From: the human T2T-CHM13v2.0 reference genome, Homo sapiens
Length of the DNA stretch: 64,000 nucleotides
Direction: 5' to 3' (one strand)
Assembly: GCF_009914755.1 (NCBI RefSeq)
Contig: NC_060929.1
Made by a program: the position numbers and the translations under genes. Shown here in pieces: positions 56,795 to 64,000 of this stretch (within the stretch, counting starts at the first letter, position 1; each line of letters begins with the position of its first letter). Under the pieces are notes generated by a model. The model searched no databases. It was not told the DNA's origin and worked only from the letters and a program-made list of their open reading frames with translations.

Positions 56795-57190
56795 ATGTAA
56801 GTGGTCTGTAACAAACAAACCCCCCAAATGTGTATGGGCTCATATGTGATCAAGGTTTATTATTTCTTGCTTATATAAAGTTCAAAATATGCTCTCCATC
56901 AGCAGCCTGCTCTGCATCAGCATGTGAGGCAGGGGCCCAGGGTCCTTCCCCTGTGACTCTGCCATCTATCTCACGTGAACTTTCTGTATCCACCCAGCAT
57001 AGGGGAAACAGCACAGCAAATCACATCCAGAGGTATTAAGGACCAGGAGTGGGGTGTCATGTATCACTTCTGTTCACATTCTTTTAGTCAAGACCAAACT
57101 GAACCACAAAGAAGTCTAGGAAATGTAGCCCAGCTCTGTGCCCAGGAGGAAATGGGATTGGTGAATCATGATCTGGCCCCACCCCAGCTC
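56795..57190 (-). mobile_element. MLT1J/K-like LTR
   Basis: ctgtaacaaacaaacccc...tcacttctgttcacattc...ggaaatgtagcccagctctgtgcccaggagg. Confidence 0.7.
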
Positions 57191-57449
57191 TAACCATAAC
57201 ATCAAATGTTATAGCATTCTGAACCCCCACTCCCACCCCACCACAGAGAGTATAGGGGCCTCCAGCCCAGGGACTATCATAGAATCATATCTACCCTTAG
57301 ATCTGGATCCTGTTCTCTGGGTGAAAAAATGGGTGGATTTCAGCCAGAAAAGGAATACTCTAGACATATTTTATAAATCTTGGACCTCTTTATTATGAGA
57401 ACAGACTATGAGGCAGAGCAGATGTAGCTGTTAAGGCCGTCTTTTGCAA

Positions 57450-57790
57450 AATTGAAGAAATTGTCTTTTCTAGTTATAAAAATAATATGCGTTCATTGTA
57501 AAAATTCAGAAAAATGCTGAAAACATTTTAAGGAAGATAAAAATCAACAATAATCTTTCTCCAAGATATGCTAAAGAATGTTTATATACACTGATATATT
57601 TCTTATGTACATATAATTTGAATTAATTTGTGTCTGCAAAACAGATCATACTGTGTGATATATACTATTTTGCAATCTGCTTTTTCACTTAACAAGATAT
57701 GTTATGAACATCAATACATGTAAATAAATATAGATCTGCATCATAATTTTTGGCTACATATTATTTGATCATATGGACATGTGTGAGAAT
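57450..57790 (-). mobile_element. L1ME 3' end fragment
   Basis: gttcattgtaaaaattcagaaaa...ctgctttttcacttaacaa. Confidence 0.7.
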
Positions 57791-57892
57791 CATATAATAC
57801 ATTTAGCTTAGCTGAACAAGTGCAGACTTATTCAGTGAGACCTGGGATTATGTCTATCAGTTTATCCCCACAGCATGCCAAGATATCTTGCT

Positions 57893-58359
57893 TGTTAAAT
57901 GAAATTCATAAGAGGCCATGGTTTTGGACTAGCCTCCTGTGCTAGGCTCCCGCAAATCAGACCAAACGGGAATGGAGTCACTCATGCTAGGTGCCACCTG
58001 ATCCAACTGAGCTCTGAAACAGGCCAGTTTTTAAAAAAAAAAAGAAAAAAGAAAGAAAAAGAAAGGCCAGGAGAGTCATAGCAACCAATCTCAAGGGGCC
58101 CAGTTCACTTCAGCCGGCAAGCTAAAGAAGTCCCCTGGGTTTAAACTATACAAGGAAAATAACTTTGAAACAACCAGTCTGCTTTTCCTTTCACTGTTTC
58201 TGCTTTCTTCTGCCTTTTTCTGTCTGTAAAGCCCACCTCCTCTACTCAGCTCATGGGAACACTCATTTTATAGAATGTGGTGTTGCCCGATTCTAGAATT
58301 GCAAATAAAAGCCAATTAAGATATTTAAAGCAAATTTGTTATACTTTTGTCTTTTAGTA
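57893..58359 (+). mobile_element. ERV1 solo LTR (LTR54/MER57-group-like)
   Basis: tgttaaatgaaatt...aatggagtcactcatgcta...gcaaataaaagccaattaag...; perfect 4-bp TSD tgct. Confidence 0.8.
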
Positions 58360-58414
58360 TGCTCATGATAGATTCTCAACAGGGCTCAATCAAGCAGACC
58401 TTTGCAAAACTGGG

Positions 58415-58550
58415 GGTGCCTCTCAGGCTTTGGTGCGTATGCACATCACACGGGGATTTTGTTAAAATGCCGATTATGATATAGAAGGTCTAGGTGGGCC
58501 ATGAGATTCCAGAATTTCAACAAGCTTCCCAGGAGATGCTCAAGCTGATA
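58415..58550. mobile_element. MER5A fragment
   Basis: tttgttaaaatgccgatt...ggtctaggtgggccatgagatt..aacaagcttcccaggagatgct. Confidence 0.75.
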
Positions 58551-58585
58551 GACACTAATGTCTATCATTATTCAGCAAAAAGTCC

Positions 58586-58729
58586 GAAATGGCTTTTTGC
58601 ACTTTATGAGTATAAAAAACCCCTTGAGGGCTAAATAATTGATTGGAAAAACAAATCTATGGAGTGCATGTATTTATTTGGTTGAAAGATGGCCTGAAGA
58701 GCTTTTTATAAATCTATGACCCTACTGGA
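58586..58729 (+). repeat. Local direct repeat, copy 1 (144 bp)
   Basis: Matches 59604-59745 with about 9 substitutions and a 2-bp indel (hand count). Confidence 0.95.
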
Positions 58730-58749
58730 CCAGCAAGGATTTAGACTAG

Positions 58750-58977
58750 TCAACTAGGGGGGATTTTGCCACCCAAGGGACATTTGGCAAAAATCTAGAG
58801 AAATTTTTGATTATTATGATTGTGTATGTGTGTGAGAAAGAAAGGGAGAGGGAGATACTGGCATCTAGTGGGTACAAGCCAGGGATGCTGCCAAACATCC
58901 TACAATGCACAGAGAAACCTCCACAACAAATAATTATCTGGCCCAAATTGTCAATAGTGCCACTGTCAAGAAACTGA
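58750..58977 (+). mobile_element. MER20 (hAT-Charlie)
   Basis: ggggattttgcc...ggacatttggcaa...ctggcatctagtgggta..ccagggatgctgccaaacatcctacaatgcacag...gtcaatagtgcc. Confidence 0.9.
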
Positions 58978-59187
58978 TCTAAACTAGATTTTTTTTCAGA
59001 TAATATCTCTCATCTGAACCATAGAACACAGAAAATTATTTTTTTGACTATTTTCTCAATTCTCTGAATTCTAAGTAACTGGTAGTAATCTAAATGCCTA
59101 AGAGACAGCTAATTCATTACATACAATGGATGCTTTCGGGAATTCCAGCTTAATTCTTGTCCAGAGCTCTTATTTAAAGCTGGTTGT

Positions 59188-59468
59188 GGCCAGGCATGGT
59201 GGCTCATGGCTATAATCCCAGCACTTTAGGAGGCTGAGGTGGGTGATCACCTGAGCTCAGGAGTTCAAGACTAGCCTGCATGACATGGCAAAACCCTGTC
59301 TCTACAAAAAAAATAAAAATAAAATAAAATAAATAATATATATATGCCAGGTGTGATGGCGTGCACCTATGGTCCCAGCTATTTGGGAAGCTCAGGTGAG
59401 AGGATTGCTTGAGCCTGGGAGGTCAAGGCTGCAGTTAGCCAAGATCGTACCACTGCACTCCAGCCTAG
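59188..59468 (+). mobile_element. AluJ(b-like), 3'-truncated, no poly(A) tail
   Basis: Body ends at ccactgcactccagcctag; expanded (AAAAT)n linker. Confidence 0.9.
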
Positions 59469-59501
59469 TGGCTCAAGGGAAGTCAAAACCTCATTGTTTC
59501 G

Positions 59502-59587
59502 TTTTTCTCTCTGCCTCCTTGTTTCCCTCCCTATCTCTTTCTCCCTCCCCCCCTCTACTTCCCTCCCTCCCTCCCTCCCCTTCCTTC
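59502..59587. repeat. Polypyrimidine / (CCCT)n low-complexity tract
   Basis: ccctccctccctccctcccc and surrounding C/T tract. Confidence 0.85.
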
Positions 59588-59603
59588 ATGAGTAGAGGGA
59601 TCT

Positions 59604-59745
59604 GAAATGACTTTTTACACTTTATGAGTATAAAAAACCCCTTGAGGGCTAAATAATTGATTGAAAAAACAAATCTATGGAGTGCATGGATTTGTTTGGT
59701 TGAGAGAGTCTGAAGAGCTTTTTATAAGTCTGTGACCCTACTGGA
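59604..59745 (+). repeat. Local direct repeat, copy 2 (142 bp)
   Basis: Matches 58586-58729; offset 1018 bp. Confidence 0.95.
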
Positions 59746-60361
59746 GCAGTCTTAATGCAGAGCTGTAGCCAATAAAGCAAGTCCAGCCAAAGGTATTCAA
59801 GATCTGTACTTGAGTTTCTTGAACACCACAAAAGGGGTAATAGAACACGACAACATTTCAATACAAAGAAAATGTAAACATTTTGTTTTCTTCATTTTCT
59901 CGTATATATAGCTGTTCCCTCCCTTTCTTGATTGAAATACCACTCAATTCCTCCACCAGCCTTATCTAGTCTCAGACCTTTTATATTTCTCCCCAGTTAC
60001 TCCCAATTCTGTGTCATAAAGGATCAAAAAACCAACCTTGCTGAGAAGAATCTTCCTTCTTTTTATTAGGTAGCAAGTGTAAGACTCAGGATTCCAAGAA
60101 ATAAGCATCAGCCAGGAGGATTTTCAATAAACTCTTCTAGGTTACATTTCTACTCAAGATACCATTAGGTAAAACTGTTCAGTCTTCTGCTGATGAGACA
60201 CCTTTTCTTGAATAATTTTGAAGTTCCAAACAGATCTGGAGACCCCAAGAAATAGGTCCACTTAAGGCCACGCTCCATGGACATAACATCCCTATGACTT
60301 CTCTCTCTACAAGGTAATCAGCCTTCATCATCAAAAGTGAAAATGACATTGATGAGATGCA

Positions 60362-60900
60362 ATTCATGCTGGAGAATAGGGTCTGGAGGCAGGGCCAGTT
60401 TGCACCGACTTCCTAGAAATGAATCAAAAGGAAAACTCCAACTTCCCATGCTTAAGTAACAAAAAAACAGAGGCTACTCCCTTTGCAACCCGCACCCCTT
60501 TCTGCATCGCAGATGAGAAATGGCAAGTACCTCTGATTGGTCCCCTTCCTACAACCAATCAGACATCTGCATAGGGTATTACTTGGTAACTTCACTTCAG
60601 TCTGACTCGTCACCTTCCACAACCCATTAGACTGGTTGTGGGCCACTCCTTTATTTACATAGGGTGTAAACCAACTAACTACTGGGAAACCTCTAAAGGG
60701 TATTTAAACCCCAGAACGTTCTATAACCAGTGCTCTGGAGCCGCTGGCGCCTACTCCCACCCTGTGGGGTATACTTTCGTTTCCACAAGTCTGTGCTTTT
60801 GTTGCTTCATTCTTTGGTTGCTTTGTTTAATTTGTCCAATTCTTGGTTCAAAACGCCAAGAACTGGGACAAGTTGTAGTCAAGACCCTCCACCAATAACA
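60362..60900 (+). mobile_element. MER51-like ERV1 solo LTR
   Basis: ggagaatagggtctggaggcaggg...cagaggctactccctttgcaa...ttcaaaacgccaagaac...ccctccaccaataaca. Confidence 0.8.
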
Positions 60901-61317
60901 CAATTACGATTCTTCCTTTCCTATTTGGCAGAGTCAGACTTCCTCTTTTCATAAACAGAAATACGAAGTAGCCAGCAGGCCAAAATTGTCAAAACAAAGA
61001 GTGAGAGGTAAAGAGTGAAGAACGCCTGGTGATTTCCTTGTTTCACCTTCTTCCAAGCCTTGCTGTGCCATGTGCTCCTGGTGGCAGGTTACCCAGGAAG
61101 GAAGCATTGTAACTTTGTGGCTGACCAGGCAGGATGGTCACACGGCTCCTGACGCAGGCCCAGACGTATTCACGAATCACTCCATAGTGATTCTGATGTG
61201 CTGCCAGAGTTGAGAACTAAAGATTAAAGCCCTTGGCTAGTCAGGAGGATTCCATTCCTCCCCAACATGGGCTGTACCCTCATTTAACCAATGCCTTGCC
61301 AGCCCATGTTAGATGGA

Positions 61318-61736
61318 TGTGATGGTTAATTGTATGTGTCACCTTGACTGAATTATAGGTGCCCATATTAAACCGTATTTCTGGGTATGTCTGTGAGGGT
61401 GTTTCCATATGAGTTTAGCATTTGCATCAGTGGACTCAGTAAATTGCTCTTCCCAAAGTGCATGGACACCATCCATTCGACCGAGTGCCCGAGTAGAACA
61501 AAAGTCAGAGAAGGGAGAAATTTGACCTTTTTTTCTCCCAGCCCGCCTGCTTGGGTGGGACATCTCATCTTTTCCTGCCCTCTGACTGGGATTTATACCA
61601 TCTGCTCTCTTGGTTTCCTGGCCTTCGGACTGAATCTGAATTATACCACCAACTTTCCCAAATCTCCAGCTAGCAAAACAGCAGACAGTGGGACTTCTTA
61701 GCCTCCACAATCATGTGAGCCAGTTCCTCGTAATAG

Positions 61737-61782
<46 letters not shown>

Positions 61783-61823
61783 GGTCTCCTATTGATTCTG
61801 TTTCTCTGGAGAACCCTAATACA
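61318..61823 (+). mobile_element. MLT2 (ERVL) solo LTR containing (GT)20
   Basis: tgtgatggttaatt...ctgtttctctggagaaccctaataca; perfect 5-bp TSD atgga. Confidence 0.92.
61740..61780. repeat. (GT)20 microsatellite
   Basis: Pure dinucleotide run inside MLT2. Confidence 0.95.
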
Positions 61824-62174
61824 ATGGACATCCTGTCTCTTCTAAGAAAACGGTGAGCCACATGCACCCCACAACACACACACACACACCTTCCTTTGGT
61901 TTCCAGTTGTCTGGCATTTACCTTGGAGCAGAGCTTAAGTCTTTACAGTTGCGTAATTTAGGAGCACACACAAAAATGATGTTAGCAGAGAATATTTGCT
62001 AAGCAAATTAACAGTGCAAATAAGATTAGAGGGAGGTAAGGAGTATGTTTAAATGTTGAAATGCTTGAGGACAAACTGTGCTCAATCATCTTAAAACCAT
62101 CCATTAATATGTAAGTAATTTAAAATTAATTGCAAATGCCTTTGCATTTAATTGCAGGCTATGCATTGTTGGAA

Positions 62175-62197
62175 TGTGTGTGTGTGTGTGTGTGTGT
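62175..62197. repeat. (TG)11 microsatellite
   Basis: Pure TG run. Confidence 0.85.
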
Positions 62198-63423
62198 ATG
62201 TCTGTGTAATTGCTAATATATTTAGATTTCTAAAAGGTATATATATATTGTTAAAATAAGTAAATGACTGCTTTCCAACTGTTCTATGATTCACACATTT
62301 ATATCACAAACATCCTCAACATACCAGTTTGTATCTATGGATTTGAATGAAATGGCATGACCACTACGGCCCGTATTTTGGAAACAGCAAGCCCCCGACT
62401 GTTCTTACAGCACCTTGCAAGATCCCCCACATACATATGGAACTTCCCAAAGAGTAATTTTCATCCATCTGTGAGTCACCTTAGGGGCACTGCCTGTCAC
62501 TGCCTCTGCTATCCAAGTTCGGCCCCAAAGGGCCTCTGCTGCCTGTCCCACCACGGCCCTGACCTCCAGCACCTGCCTTGGCCTCTGCTGTTTTGCAGCT
62601 GCAGTCTCCTGCAGATTCTGTCTCCCTGAACCACATTCTTCCCTTTGACCTGGACCCCTTCCAAAGGGCGTCTTCCTGGCCCAGGTTCAGCTAATTCACT
62701 CTGGCCAACAGCACTATCAGTCACCACAAGACCCTGACAGCCTCACAGTCTCGTGTAAATTAGAAAGGAAAATATTCACTGCTTCTATGTCACCTTCAGA
62801 TGGGTATGTCCCACAGCATGGTTCCTTGGGCCTCAGATTATTACCAGGTTGATTGTAACACCTGTCAGTTCACACTCCCAGCCCCTATTCTTCAAGGAAT
62901 GGAGAAATGCCACCAAGGCAGCAGGGATGTGAAGATTCCATATCCAGATACCATGCTGTGTGTTCCAGAAATACCAACTCCACTCCAAACAGCAGGCTGA
63001 CTCTGTGGCTGAGTCTGGCTGGCCAGGCCATATTTATCTTTTTAATTCCATATATTGAATTTTCCCTTCAGGAATCTACTCTTTCTCCCCTCTACCCATG
63101 GACCGCCCCCCCTCCCCCAACCACCTCAACCTTTCTAAACATGTTTGCACACATTTGAATCTCATTGAGGACATGGTTCAGGCAGGAACTTACCTCCAGT
63201 TTAATCCATTGCTGCCAGTAGATTTGGGAGTAGGAGTGGGGTGGGATGGGGGCAGAAAAGGGTGAGGTATTGATATTCAGCACTTTTCATGATCAAATAC
63301 AGATTTAGTAAACTAAGATTTTAGCCCAGTCAAGACACTAAAAATGAATTCATATAAGCATTTTCCTTAATCTACATCAGTGAGGAAACAAACTTCAGAA
63401 GTTCACTCATTTCTTCCCCTCAT

Positions 63424-64000
63424 CAACTTTTAAGTTCCAGGGTACATGTGCAGGATGTGTGGGTTTGTTAGAGGTAAATGAGTCCCATGGTGATTTGCCC
63501 CACAAATCAATCCATCGCTTAGGTATTAAGCCCAACATCCATTAGATATTTTTCCTGATGTTCTCCCTCCCCTTGCCCCAGTGTGTGTTGTTCCCCTTTT
63601 GTGTCCATGTGTTCTCATCGTTCAGCTCCCACTTATAAGTGAGAACATGTGGCATTTGGTTTTCTGTTCATGTGTTAGTTTGTTGGGGATAATGCCTTCC
63701 AGCTCCATCCATATCCCTGCAAAGGACATGATCTCATTCCTTTCTATGGCTGCATGGTATTCCATGGTGTATATGTACCACATTTTCTTTGTCCAATCTA
63801 TTGTTGATGGGCATTTGGGTTGATTCCATGTTTTTGCTATTGTGAATAGTGCTGCAATGAACATATGTGTGCATCTTTATAATAGAATGATTTATATTCC
63901 TTTGGGTATATACCAGTAATGGGATTGCTGAGTCAAATGGTATTTCTGCTTCTAGACCTTTGAGGAATCATCACACTGTCTTCCACAATGGTTGAACTAA
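63424..64000 (-). mobile_element. L1PA 3' end (runs off window)
   Basis: MFIAALFTIAKTWNQPKCPS...WYIYTMEY (ORF 63622..63864) plus L1PA 3'UTR. Confidence 0.93.

Noticed and set aside
58586-59745. The 144-bp repeats as the LTR pair of a small retroelement, or as a long TSD
   Set aside because: No TG..CA ends, PBS, or flanking TSD; the interior is older MER20/Alu; far longer than TPRT target-site duplications
63622-63864. L1 ORF2 C-terminal peptide as a CDS (also 49095..49277 and 22246..22461)
   Set aside because: Decayed L1 fragments; no intact ORF2 in view

Overview
Primate (human-like) nuclear DNA, AT-rich and CpG-depleted by eye, with no CpG island and no recognisable protein-coding gene, RNA gene or CRISPR array. 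Most ORF-track entries are chance ORFs or readings of Alu, L1, LTR or (TG)n sequence. The window is a dense transposon record: about 15 Alu copies or monomers, old L1M/L1PA fragments, L2/MIR, solo LTRs (THE1, MLT1/2, MER50-, MER51-, LTR54-like) and DNA-transposon fossils. These include a decayed hAT-Charlie transposase still readable at about 1.6-3.0 kb. Non-repeat points of interest: a 144-bp direct duplication (58.6/59.6 kb) next to a hairpin and a tail-less Alu, a candidate 10-nt + 107-nt exon pair at 44.1-44.7 kb, TF-motif clusters (paired octamers, palindromic double E-box, CTCF-like core), and small template-switch palindromes inside Alus. I found no well-supported novel biological system. 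Repeat subfamily names come from recalled consensus sequences, and many boundaries are approximate.
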